Program-made: the position numbers and the translations under genes
IMG/VR virus record: IMGVR_UViG_3300036772_000245
Coordinates: 1-32,812 of that record
Reading direction: 5' to 3' (one strand)
From: a virus
Taxonomy: Duplodnaviria > Caudoviricetes
DNA: 32,812 nt
Shown here: positions 18,273 to 26,707 of the stretch, piece by piece
Numbering within the stretch: position 1 is the stretch's first letter
Layout: every line of letters begins with the position of its first letter
The notes under the pieces: model-generated
Database searches by the model: none
Told to the model about the DNA's origin: nothing
What the model saw: only the letters and a program-made list of their open reading frames with translations

Positions 18273-20210
18273 TTAACTTGTTTGACCTGAGCTGTAGTTA
18301 ACACCGCTAATAACTGCAACTGCTGCTGTGCGGCGGCGCTGCCAGTTAATCCAGCGCTCAGCGCGGATTGCGACACTGTTTGTCTGCCACATAGAGACTA
18401 ATTCAACCCCTTTTGGAGTTACGCTATCCCCAGTAGGTGATGATTCCATTTCCAAAGATGCCTCGCTGGACATATCGACAGCCACGCCGCCTTCATCAGC
18501 AAGATAAATATCTGGGGCATTCATCAGGATGATTTGGTTGCCAACATACTGAGAAACAATCGCAGGAAGACCTTCATAAGTGCCGCCGAACATTGTCATA
18601 TCTGGGTATTCTTTTGCACCAAGAGGTGTTTTTCGTTTGGATAAAGCAAGTGCCGTGGAACTGGACATCAGCCACACCGCGCCGGTAGGTTGAAGATCGG
18701 CACTAATGAATACTTCAAAAGCTGCAGTGCTGTCCGCATCTGGATCGCCAGTACTCGGGATAGTTGTCGCGCCGTTTGTGATAGAAGCAGGAGAAATACC
18801 CGCCTGCGCTGCTTTCGCTGGATCTACAAAGTCAGTATCTAGGCGAGCAATTACCGATTCAGCCAGAGAGTTTCGAACAAGAACATCCGCTTTAGGATTG
18901 GAGAAACGCAGCAACTCTTCAGTAAGAACAGAAATTGCCGCAACCTTTGAAAAACCAAAAGTAACTGTTTCAAAGTTAAATTTGGTCAAAGGTTTAGCTT
19001 TGCCCTGACCAACCCATTGGGCCGCACCACCAGAAGTTTGCACCGGAATACGAATGTTAAATGGCACCTCATGTAGCGAAGGAATGTTGCCAGTACCAAA
19101 CTGGCCAATGATGGTTTTTGGACGCAGGAAATCTACAAAGTCACCCGCAAAGTCCTGGTATTCAACCAATGAACCTGCCCAGGCTGGATCCGTAGTGGTA
19201 CCCGCACTTACAGCAGCTTTAAGTACGTGGTGCAATTTGGTGTCTTCAGGATACTTGCTCTTGGCAATCTGAAGCGCTTCAGAACGAACACCTTTAGCCG
19301 CAGCCAATGACTTGGCTAAACGGGCGAAGGCGATACCTTTTTCAAGCTTCTGCTCAACGCGAATGATGCCAGTAGCGCGATTTTCAACAGTAGTCACTGT
19401 GCCACTAGCAGCTTTGCTGACAGGGATGGCGGTGGCCGCCATATTATTTTCCAAGTCACGTAGTCGCTTCAGGTGATCATCAGCTGATTTGACTTCAGCT
19501 GAAGTAATGTCGTACTGCTCGATTTCTTCAGCATCAAGAGTTCGACCCTCTTCACCAGCTTTGCTCATAATATCATTCAGAGAAGCTGCTAGCGCCGCAC
19601 GCTTGTTTTCGAAGCTTTTAATTTGTTCAGCAAGATTCATAGTTTTTCCTTTAATTTCTGTAGTTTTTTTTGCTGTAGCGCCAGCAGATGGAGTTGCTAT
19701 AACCACCGGTTTCTCATTGCCTGACGCGGCGATTAACTGGCGGTCGAAAGATTTAACGGTCTGGATGGAGCATTCGGCATTGGCCGGAATAGTGACTGCT
19801 GAGACTTCCAGTAGCTCCCATTCAAGGAATTGAATGCCGCCTGAATCAAGAAAGGCGTATTTAATGGGCTTGAAGCCGATTGAAAGACCTTTTACCAGCC
19901 CAGATTTAATAGATGCCCAGGCTTCATCAAGTCGGGCAACCAACTGTGTCGGCATATCAGGAGTTGGCTTAACCAGTTGGGCTGTAATCTGAAGCCCGTC
20001 TTTCATTTTTTTTGCCGAACAATTGCCAATAGGCTGTGACCGATCGTGTTGCCAGAGGAACGGATTTTCACTACCAAACTTCGCCCCATCTGGCTCCATA
20101 ATGTCCCCGTCACGATCCGGCGAGGGTGTTGAAGCAATACCGGTAATAACCCGTTTATCTTCATCAACCGACTTCACGGTCATGAGAGTACATGCGCGAT
20201 TAAGCGTCAT
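18273..20210 (-). CDS. prohead protease-major capsid protein fusion (HK97 fold)
   Basis: N-terminal S78 protease (LWQHDRSQPIG, GLSIGF, EVSAVTIPAN), then delta domain and capsid (WVGQGKAKP); ends ...SSGQTS. Confidence 0.93.
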   Translation of the reverse strand: MTLNRACTLMTVKSVDEDKRVITGIASTPSPDRDGDIMEPDGAKFGSENPFLWQHDRSQPIGNCSAKKMKDGLQITAQLVKPTPDMPTQLVARLDEAWASIKSGLVKGLSIGFKPIKYAFLDSGGIQFLEWELLEVSAVTIPANAECSIQTVKSFDRQLIAASGNEKPVVIATPSAGATAKKTTEIKGKTMNLAEQIKSFENKRAALAASLNDIMSKAGEEGRTLDAEEIEQYDITSAEVKSADDHLKRLRDLENNMAATAIPVSKAASGTVTTVENRATGIIRVEQKLEKGIAFARLAKSLAAAKGVRSEALQIAKSKYPEDTKLHHVLKAAVSAGTTTDPAWAGSLVEYQDFAGDFVDFLRPKTIIGQFGTGNIPSLHEVPFNIRIPVQTSGGAAQWVGQGKAKPLTKFNFETVTFGFSKVAAISVLTEELLRFSNPKADVLVRNSLAESVIARLDTDFVDPAKAAQAGISPASITNGATTIPSTGDPDADSTAAFEVFISADLQPTGAVWLMSSSTALALSKRKTPLGAKEYPDMTMFGGTYEGLPAIVSQYVGNQIILMNAPDIYLADEGGVAVDMSSEASLEMESSPTGDSVTPKGVELVSMWQTNSVAIRAERWINWQRRRTAAVAVISGVNYSSGQTS

Positions 20211-20216
20211 TTACTG

Positions 20217-20250
20217 ACCTCCAGAAACGAAAAAACCCGCCGGAGCGGGT
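20217..20250 (-). terminator. terminator plus GGAGG RBS module upstream of capsid gene (repeat copy 1)
   Basis: ACCCGC-tccg-GCGGGTTTTTTCGTTTCTGGAGG; 33/34 identical to 29043-29076. Confidence 0.75.
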
Positions 20251-20268
20251 CATTAACTGACGTATATG

Positions 20269-21927
20269 TCATATGAAAAATACCTGATAATCCTGTTTCT
20301 TCGCTTCCGGGTTCAGAGCCATCAGCGATACGGCGTTAAATAAAGCCATCAGCGGGTCAATCTTCCCCTTTCCGCTGGCCTGCTTGGTTATCAGGATGGC
20401 GTTGCCTTTAGGTTCAACCCTGGCATTTCCAACGCACCAGTTCATCATCGGTTGACCAGAATGTACCAGCACTCCCTCGGCAAGCTTACGCTCAGTCGTT
20501 TTTATAGAGCCACCCAGGCGCCAGCCCTGGCTGATGCCGACAACGCTTTCAGCCGGTATTTCTACCTCAGTAAGGGCATCGAGAATTGAGCCAACCCCTG
20601 ATGGGTCGATGCCGATCTTGTCGAGCAGTTCAGCTTCATGGATGCGGCCCACCAGCTCAGCCAACTGGTCTGTATCTTCACCGACAAATTCAACAATTGT
20701 CAGGTCACCGTCTTTCTGAAAACCTAACAGGCGGGATGCTTCGCTTTTGCGTCGCTCGAGGACGATTTTATGTGCCCAGGCATGGCACCAGCACAACCAT
20801 TCGCGGGAGTCCTTGTCACGACCAATAGCTGAAAGTCCCAGCAAGTCATCCAGGCCACCGCCATCTATACCGACAGTGATTACTTCTGCGCGCCGCAGTA
20901 AATCTTCGAATGTTACCGCTTGCGCCTGCTGCTCCCAGAAATCGACGCCGGCCCAGCGGTCACTTCGCAGGTTAAGGCCGATCTCAATGTTGAGGTGTTT
21001 AGCCAGGAACTGCTGTAACGTCCCATCCGTTTTGGATTGGTTCTTACGCAACTGGTCTTCAAGCCACTCCGCACTTACCGAACGCCCCATGTTGGGGTTC
21101 GTAATGTAGAAGTTCTCAGGCAAGAGATATTTTTTGTTCTCGACCATCGATTCGGGGAATTCGTAGAGAATGCCCAAAGTTTTACGGTCGGGGATCTTCC
21201 CGTCTCTTACATCACGCCAGTATTGTAGTTTTTCTTTGAATACACCTGCAGGTGGTTCATCGCTTTGGGTCGTCAGGAATATAACCCAACCTTCTTCTCG
21301 CGATACCTGCCCGCCGAGCGCTTCCATAAACATGGCTTCAGCATTTTGTCGCTTCCCAAAAAGCCAAAGTTCGTCTACCAGAATTCGCCCAGCCTTCTTA
21401 CCCGAAACCGTATCGGTATCAGCGGCCACAACTTTCAGGGTATTGCGCGTAACACGGTGTGTGATCGTCCTGATATGGTCCTGAATCTGGAACATATCCG
21501 ACAATTCCTCGTCGGCGCGTATCATGCCGGCGGCTGGTTTAAAGCTGTTATCGGCTACTTCTTTCGTTGGCGCCAGAATGAGATGCTCCTCATCTTCGCG
21601 CCAGCACAGGATCACCGCTGTCAGCATAATTCCAGCGGCAATGGTCGATTTAGTGTTCTTTTTGCTGATCAGCAGGCCATATTCGCGAATGAGCTGCTTT
21701 CCTGTTTCCGCTTCGTAGCCACCAAAGATGGCTTTCACAAAATCAAATACCCATTGCTCAGAGCACTCACCAAATGTCGGCTTACCCGGCAAATCTGACA
21801 CCCTGAGCTCTTTAAAAATGCCCAGGGCATACTCCGCCTGATCGGCAAATATAGGAGTTGGAATAATCGATGCCCTATCGACAAGCCGCCTTTCCCAATC
21901 AAGACAGGCCGTGGTCCATGCAGTCAT
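20269..21927 (-). CDS. terminase large subunit
   Basis: Walker A-like ISKKNTKST, Walker B ILVDELW, RNase H GIDGGGLDD, KIDPLMA. Confidence 0.95.
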   Translation of the reverse strand: MTAWTTACLDWERRLVDRASIIPTPIFADQAEYALGIFKELRVSDLPGKPTFGECSEQWVFDFVKAIFGGYEAETGKQLIREYGLLISKKNTKSTIAAGIMLTAVILCWREDEEHLILAPTKEVADNSFKPAAGMIRADEELSDMFQIQDHIRTITHRVTRNTLKVVAADTDTVSGKKAGRILVDELWLFGKRQNAEAMFMEALGGQVSREEGWVIFLTTQSDEPPAGVFKEKLQYWRDVRDGKIPDRKTLGILYEFPESMVENKKYLLPENFYITNPNMGRSVSAEWLEDQLRKNQSKTDGTLQQFLAKHLNIEIGLNLRSDRWAGVDFWEQQAQAVTFEDLLRRAEVITVGIDGGGLDDLLGLSAIGRDKDSREWLCWCHAWAHKIVLERRKSEASRLLGFQKDGDLTIVEFVGEDTDQLAELVGRIHEAELLDKIGIDPSGVGSILDALTEVEIPAESVVGISQGWRLGGSIKTTERKLAEGVLVHSGQPMMNWCVGNARVEPKGNAILITKQASGKGKIDPLMALFNAVSLMALNPEAKKQDYQVFFI

Positions 21928-21930
21928 GCA

Positions 21931-22392
21931 TTACCCCTTATTGTTGACGACAAGTTTCGGCGGTGCCATCGCTCCAAATTTGCTGGCGCCAGCGGCTACT
22001 TTTGCCGCTGCATTACGTGCATCTTTTTTACCACCCTCGCCTTTCTTCGGATGGATATACGGAAGCATGGCTTTTGCCGCATCTTTTCTGACGTCAGTTT
22101 CTTCGGTGATATCGTTCATTACCGACTTTAAAAACTCGAGAGGATCTTCAAAGGTTCCAGCCAGATTGTTAACAACTGGTGATGGAGTTTGTGGCTCATT
22201 CGCAGGTGCTGTAACTGCGGTTGTCGTACCACGTTCTTTCTTAATAAACGCGATGACATCCGGGTCTTTAGCCAGCTGCGAACCCTTGGAACGCGCGGAT
22301 TTCTCAGAATACCCAGCCTTTACAGCGGCGGCAGCCTGAGTTGAGCCGGACATCAGCGCGATGGCAAACTTGCGCTTCTGCCCTGTTAACAT
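21931..22392 (-). CDS. terminase small subunit
   Basis: HTH TQAAAAVKAGYSEKSA; AAKAMLPYIHPK; GGAGG RBS. Confidence 0.9.
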   Translation of the reverse strand: MLTGQKRKFAIALMSGSTQAAAAVKAGYSEKSARSKGSQLAKDPDVIAFIKKERGTTTAVTAPANEPQTPSPVVNNLAGTFEDPLEFLKSVMNDITEETDVRKDAAKAMLPYIHPKKGEGGKKDARNAAAKVAAGASKFGAMAPPKLVVNNKG

Positions 22393-22399
22393 GTTTATA

Positions 22400-22500
22400 C
22401 CCTCCAAAAGGGAATTTTTTCTGTGCGTGAGAGGGGGCGCGGTGTCCAGCCCGATCGGGGTTTACTTTTGTTGATACCCCCCCCGGGTTTGGTGGGAATC
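22400..22500. other. probable cos / packaging initiation region
   Basis: Intergenic between HNH and TerS as in HK97-like phages; GC-rich G/C runs; exact cut site not determinable. Confidence 0.45.
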
Positions 22501-22573
22501 ATTATCGTTCACGATAAAATGATTTCAAATGCAACTATCACGCCACCTCATGCGATATCGATTCTCATTTGAA

Positions 22574-22942
22574 TTAGATCGCGATGACTCCATCACTTCT
22601 GATGGGTTCGGGCGCCTTGCATTGAAGAGCCACCTCATCAGGCTGGCCTGTTGCGGCTTCCCTGGCTGACTTCCCATCATGACACTCGGTGCATAGCGTC
22701 CAGAGGTTAATGTCATCGTTGGTACCACCAAACTGTAGCGCCACACGGTGGTCAAGCTGGCTGTCATACAGGTCCACAACTCGCTCACACATGCAGCAAT
22801 GGCCACCGTCACGTTTGTAGATACTGCGCTTCATACCAACCCTGGCACTACCACTGATACGGCGATGCTCGCTTAATGCTGGCTTGATGCGCCGGGTTTC
22901 AATAACTTTAAGCCTTGGCTGTAGAGTCGTTAGCTTTGCCAT
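22574..22942 (-). CDS. HNH endonuclease (HK97 gp74-like terminase cofactor)
   Basis: CCMC...LDHRVALQFGGTNDDINLWTLCTECHDGKS; adjacent to TerS. Confidence 0.9.
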   Translation of the reverse strand: MAKLTTLQPRLKVIETRRIKPALSEHRRISGSARVGMKRSIYKRDGGHCCMCERVVDLYDSQLDHRVALQFGGTNDDINLWTLCTECHDGKSAREAATGQPDEVALQCKAPEPIRSDGVIAI

Positions 22943-23525
22943 TTAACCTCCAGGCCTTTCGCCTTTCGAGGCGTGGCATGTTGTCCTTCGGTTTCTCTGC
23001 CAGCATGCCATCAGCATGGTCAACTAGTGAGTAGCACGGGTACAGAACCGGGCCGCCATAAGCATCGCCCACTGCATAGTCAGCCGCTTTGCTATGGCTC
23101 CATCGAGTTAGTACTTTTGCGAGATACTTTGGCGGCACGCTGTAACAGACGCCATGTATCAGCCGAGGGATCGTGATGTAGTCCGTTCGGTTCTTGTCAG
23201 ACAGCACCAGCTTGGTAGCTATCTCAAGCTGATACTGAGGTGGGCGACCGGTTCCCAGATAAAAACTGATAAGGGTATCGGGGAATCTTGATAGCCATTC
23301 ATTGGCCAACTCAGCAAAGCCACTGACTGGGATTGCATCGTCTTCCAGCACTACAACATGACCATCCTGCTCTTCTGCCCAGACTAAAGCGCGTCGATGA
23401 TTCCAGTTCGCACCATGATCTGCCTCATCAATAAGAAGGTGAGCATTAAGCGAGGCTGCAAGGTTGGTAGCCATTTGACGCCGTGAGTGATGGCCGACCA
23501 CAACAAACTTTATTTGTGCTTCCAC
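22908..23525 (-). CDS. putative GT-A glycosyltransferase (GT25-like motif)
   Basis: GANWNHRRAL...HVVVLEDDA, HGVCY and SLVDH; soluble; overlaps both neighbours. Confidence 0.65.
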   Translation of the reverse strand: MEAQIKFVVVGHHSRRQMATNLAASLNAHLLIDEADHGANWNHRRALVWAEEQDGHVVVLEDDAIPVSGFAELANEWLSRFPDTLISFYLGTGRPPQYQLEIATKLVLSDKNRTDYITIPRLIHGVCYSVPPKYLAKVLTRWSHSKAADYAVGDAYGGPVLYPCYSLVDHADGMLAEKPKDNMPRLERRKAWRLNGKANDSTAKA

Positions 23526-24967
23526 CAGGCGTACTCCTTGCCGATCCCTTCAGTCTTGAAGACCGTATGGATTTTTGGACCAGTAACTATTCGGTCACCA
23601 AACGATTTGGCCACGATACCGAACGCACACATATCTACCTTGGTCTGAGGTACTCTCTCCGTGCCCCAAAAGAGATGGCTTTCGATACGGTAATACAGAC
23701 GGGTAATGCGGTGGGCAAACTCCATCACGTCTTCTCGCGAACCACCCACCAGACCGGCATTAAGCAGCGTACTGTTGCGGTGTTCATTCAGGAAAGCGGC
23801 ATAAACCTGTCCGTGATGGCTCTGCTTCATCCAGACATCATCGTAAGTCTTTGGCTCAGAACCAACGTAGATAACGCCTGGCTGCATTTCATGCCATGGC
23901 TCTCGCAGCATCTCGATATCCGTACCATCTGTGCACCAGACGAAGTGGATATCCTGGTGAGCGCGGAGATACTGGTAGATATGCAGCCATCGAGCAAAGT
24001 AAACGCTCGTCTCTATCGGAGGAACAGTAACCAGCGTTGCACCTGCTGGTGGACTATCAAGCTCGTCAGCCAGCACAACAGCATCTGCACCTCGGATTGA
24101 AGAGGACCAGGCGGATATGACTACTGGATCGGCACTCATTCGAACGCCGCGCTGCGGATCAGGTTGGCTAGTCAGTAATGAAGTAATGACTACATCACGC
24201 TGCCGACGGTACTCCACATATCCGGTATAACCTACATCTCTCCGGTCACCAAAAACCTTGGCGTTACTACGAACAAGCGCTTCACGATCTGAACGAGGAA
24301 CCGAACGTTCCACAGCCTCGTGCTCATCAAGTGAGTAAATTAGTTTTTCTGACCCTACAACATCAGCAAACGCCCAGGTACTTAACCCTGCATTGTGAAT
24401 GCGTAACGCCAGATCCGGGTGTTCATACATCCCGCGACCGTAAATCGGGTCGAATCCGCCAACCGCCGCTATTGCGCTGCGATGGTAATAGAGCATCACA
24501 CCACGCTGCCCAGTGTAAGCAACGTGCTTATCGTCCCGGTACAGCACCGCCATATCTTTTAACTTCTTTGGTCCAGCAAGGTCGAGGAACTGATATGCCA
24601 GATGAGGCTCGGGGGACTCGATGTAAGGTAAATGCCAGTCAGGTGCTATTGGCCAGGCATCATCATCCCAGAGGAATAAATGTTCACACCCGGCATCCAC
24701 CAGCACTTCAAGACTTCTGTTTTTAGATGCCACAATGCCGAGTGATTTATCATGCCGGATTAACTGAACACCATCAGGTGCTACAGCTGCTGGAATAGAA
24801 CCATCGTCTATAACAACCACCAGCGCACCGTGAGGTAAGAACTGTTTATGTTGAGATGTGGCGCGACTCAGAACGTCAGCGCGATTATGCGTAGTAATAG
24901 CTATACCGATACGGGCCACTGAATTGCAGACAGGCGCATATGGGACACCATCAATAGTGACCTGCAT
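23510..24967 (-). CDS. two-domain glycosyltransferase (N-terminal GT2 plus second GT-A domain)
   Basis: IAITTHNR, VIDDGS, FLWDDD, GGFDPIYG..YEHPDL; C-terminal VWCTDGTD and LLNAGLVGG. Confidence 0.85.
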   Translation of the reverse strand: MQVTIDGVPYAPVCNSVARIGIAITTHNRADVLSRATSQHKQFLPHGALVVVIDDGSIPAAVAPDGVQLIRHDKSLGIVASKNRSLEVLVDAGCEHLFLWDDDAWPIAPDWHLPYIESPEPHLAYQFLDLAGPKKLKDMAVLYRDDKHVAYTGQRGVMLYYHRSAIAAVGGFDPIYGRGMYEHPDLALRIHNAGLSTWAFADVVGSEKLIYSLDEHEAVERSVPRSDREALVRSNAKVFGDRRDVGYTGYVEYRRQRDVVITSLLTSQPDPQRGVRMSADPVVISAWSSSIRGADAVVLADELDSPPAGATLVTVPPIETSVYFARWLHIYQYLRAHQDIHFVWCTDGTDIEMLREPWHEMQPGVIYVGSEPKTYDDVWMKQSHHGQVYAAFLNEHRNSTLLNAGLVGGSREDVMEFAHRITRLYYRIESHLFWGTERVPQTKVDMCAFGIVAKSFGDRIVTGPKIHTVFKTEGIGKEYAWWKHK

Positions 24968-25013
24968 TGTTGAAACCTCGCGATTAACCTCACGGTACTA
25001 ACTGGACCACGGC

Positions 25014-25041
25014 AAAAAGCCACTGGCGAACACCACTAGCT
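25014..25041 (-). terminator. terminator-like hairpin upstream of GT genes
   Basis: AGCTAGTGG-tgttcg-CCAGTGGCT-TTTT on the minus strand. Confidence 0.55.
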
Positions 25042-25084
25042 TTCTATATGACTTATTCTCGTGTAGAGATTGGAGGCCCGTTTT

Positions 25085-25522
25085 TTATTTGAATACGAAT
25101 TGCTGAGAGAGAATAAGATGGCAGCAGTCTAGTGCCTGAATATTGTTATTTATCCCCCTAACGTATTCTTTATGCATCTCTTTTAAAGAGCCACAGCAGC
25201 TCACAACCCGAGGATGTTTTTCCAACATATGCTCGCATATCAGAAAAGCATTAATAAGGGCATTCAGCTTATGTCTTAACTCTTTTAACTCTGCTCTTTT
25301 TTCAATGCGAACCGTAGGGGAGCCAAGATTTACTGGAAGTTGTGATAGAGCATTTGAATATTCAGCCACGGCCATTTTAAGCGACATTTTAGCTTTCAAA
25401 GCCTCTTGCTGGCGCCAAACATGCATTGCCCTAAGTGCAATGCCAACGGTTACAGCAGTTAATATTGCAGATACCGCCGCCCATATAGTCGCCCAGGGCC
25501 AGTTAAAGATTACTTGCCACAT
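25085..25522 (-). CDS. moron: hypothetical protein with N-terminal transmembrane helix
   Basis: WPWATIWAAVSAILTAVTVGIAL; AT-rich; AAGGAGG RBS. Confidence 0.7.
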   Translation of the reverse strand: MWQVIFNWPWATIWAAVSAILTAVTVGIALRAMHVWRQQEALKAKMSLKMAVAEYSNALSQLPVNLGSPTVRIEKRAELKELRHKLNALINAFLICEHMLEKHPRVVSCCGSLKEMHKEYVRGINNNIQALDCCHLILSQQFVFK

Positions 25523-25600
25523 GAAAACCTCCTTGAGATAAGGAGGTTATTTTATCGTAAGTTATTATCACAGGCACTCAGTGAATGCTTGCTGTAGGGC

Positions 25601-25900
25601 TTATGGTTGGGTCTTGCTTAGAACATACGAATCAACAACACCGTCTTTATTGATTTTCACAACGAGAGATTTACCCTGACCAACACTAAATGCATTTGCA
25701 TGTGCATAAGTCCAGCCATAGATCTTGTTGCCATCAGAGTCAGACGTAACTGATGATGGATTACCAAACTTCGCCAGAATAGATTGTTCCGTTGTAACTC
25801 CCTTCTGGATTGATGCAACATCACTTTCCGAAAAGTCTTTACCTACCGTTGCACAACCTACAAGCAAAATTAGACTTAGCCCGATAATTAATTTTTTCAT
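25601..25900 (-). CDS. moron lipoprotein (SmpA/OmlA-BamE-like fold)
   Basis: Lipobox LVG-C; IQKGVTTEQSILAKFGNP, WTY. Confidence 0.75.
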   Translation of the reverse strand: MKKLIIGLSLILLVGCATVGKDFSESDVASIQKGVTTEQSILAKFGNPSSVTSDSDGNKIYGWTYAHANAFSVGQGKSLVVKINKDGVVDSYVLSKTQP

Positions 25901-25978
25901 CGTCACTTTCCTTAGTTAATAAAGCACCATCCTACCCTGGTGAGTAACAATGATCGAATAAGTGACATTGCAGTTTTA

Positions 25979-26227
25979 TTAAGAACCGATTTCAACTGAA
26001 TCAAAAAGTGTCAGTGTTTCTTCCGACTCTTTAATAGCTTTGGTCGTTCGAGCCACCTGCCCTGTTTCAGACGTTACGCGGCTCAGTTGGTTGATGAACA
26101 ACTGATACTTAAGAGGATCATCACCAACGAATTTAATTGCTGCTTCCGCTGCCGCTGTGTCATAGGAAAGACTAGCGAGAAGGTTTAAACGGATCTGTTG
26201 TGCAGGTGTAACAGTTATTTCAGGCAT
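25979..26227 (-). CDS. hypothetical protein
   Basis: MPEITVTPAQQIRLNLL..., 82 aa, after the spanins. Confidence 0.6.
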   Translation of the reverse strand: MPEITVTPAQQIRLNLLASLSYDTAAAEAAIKFVGDDPLKYQLFINQLSRVTSETGQVARTTKAIKESEETLTLFDSVEIGS

Positions 26228-26286
26228 TGTTTCTCTCTTCTTTGGATACGGGTATATTCCCGCGATGGAATGTGAACAAAGCAGCA

Positions 26287-26511
26287 TTAATCGGCCTGCC
26301 TTTGGCAGTTTTTCTGCCATGTTTGGTTATGCGACAGAATGTCGCGCTTGCTCTGCCTGTCCATAACTTCTATATCATGGTCAGTCAGATATATCGGTTT
26401 CACCCAATCACACGCCGTATCGATGACTTCAGGTTTTGCGGGTAAAGTTTTCGCGCAACTCGCGATCAACGTTGTCATCAGACATATGGTTAACAGTCTG
26501 CTGAACATCAC
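26287..26511 (-). CDS. outer-membrane spanin (Rz1-like lipoprotein)
   Basis: Lipobox IAS-C; overlaps the i-spanin in another frame; DTACDWVKPI...HNQTWQKNC. Confidence 0.85.
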   Translation of the reverse strand: MMFSRLLTICLMTTLIASCAKTLPAKPEVIDTACDWVKPIYLTDHDIEVMDRQSKRDILSHNQTWQKNCQRQAD

Positions 26512-26698
26512 TAGCTCCTTTTGTTGCCTCTACCCGGCGTTCTGCTACTGCATTAGTTGCCGCAACGATTTCTTCATTACGCTGTTTATCAGCTGCAGAC
26601 TCAGCCTTAGTGGTGCCGCGAGAGTGACCAAGACCAAACGCACCGGTAATGACTGCAACCAACAGACCAATGGCACCAAGAATCATTTCAATGCTCAT
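26429..26698 (-). CDS. inner-membrane spanin (Rz-like)
   Basis: N-terminal TM helix then coiled coil; directly after the endolysin. Confidence 0.8.
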   Translation of the reverse strand: MSIEMILGAIGLLVAVITGAFGLGHSRGTTKAESAADKQRNEEIVAATNAVAERRVEATKGASDVQQTVNHMSDDNVDRELRENFTRKT

Positions 26699-26707
26699 TC
26701 GGACTCC

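Noticed and set aside
22908-24967. GtrABC-type O-antigen serotype conversion
   Set aside because: No flippase or membrane transferase, no TM helices, and a late-operon position; disfavoured but not excluded experimentally
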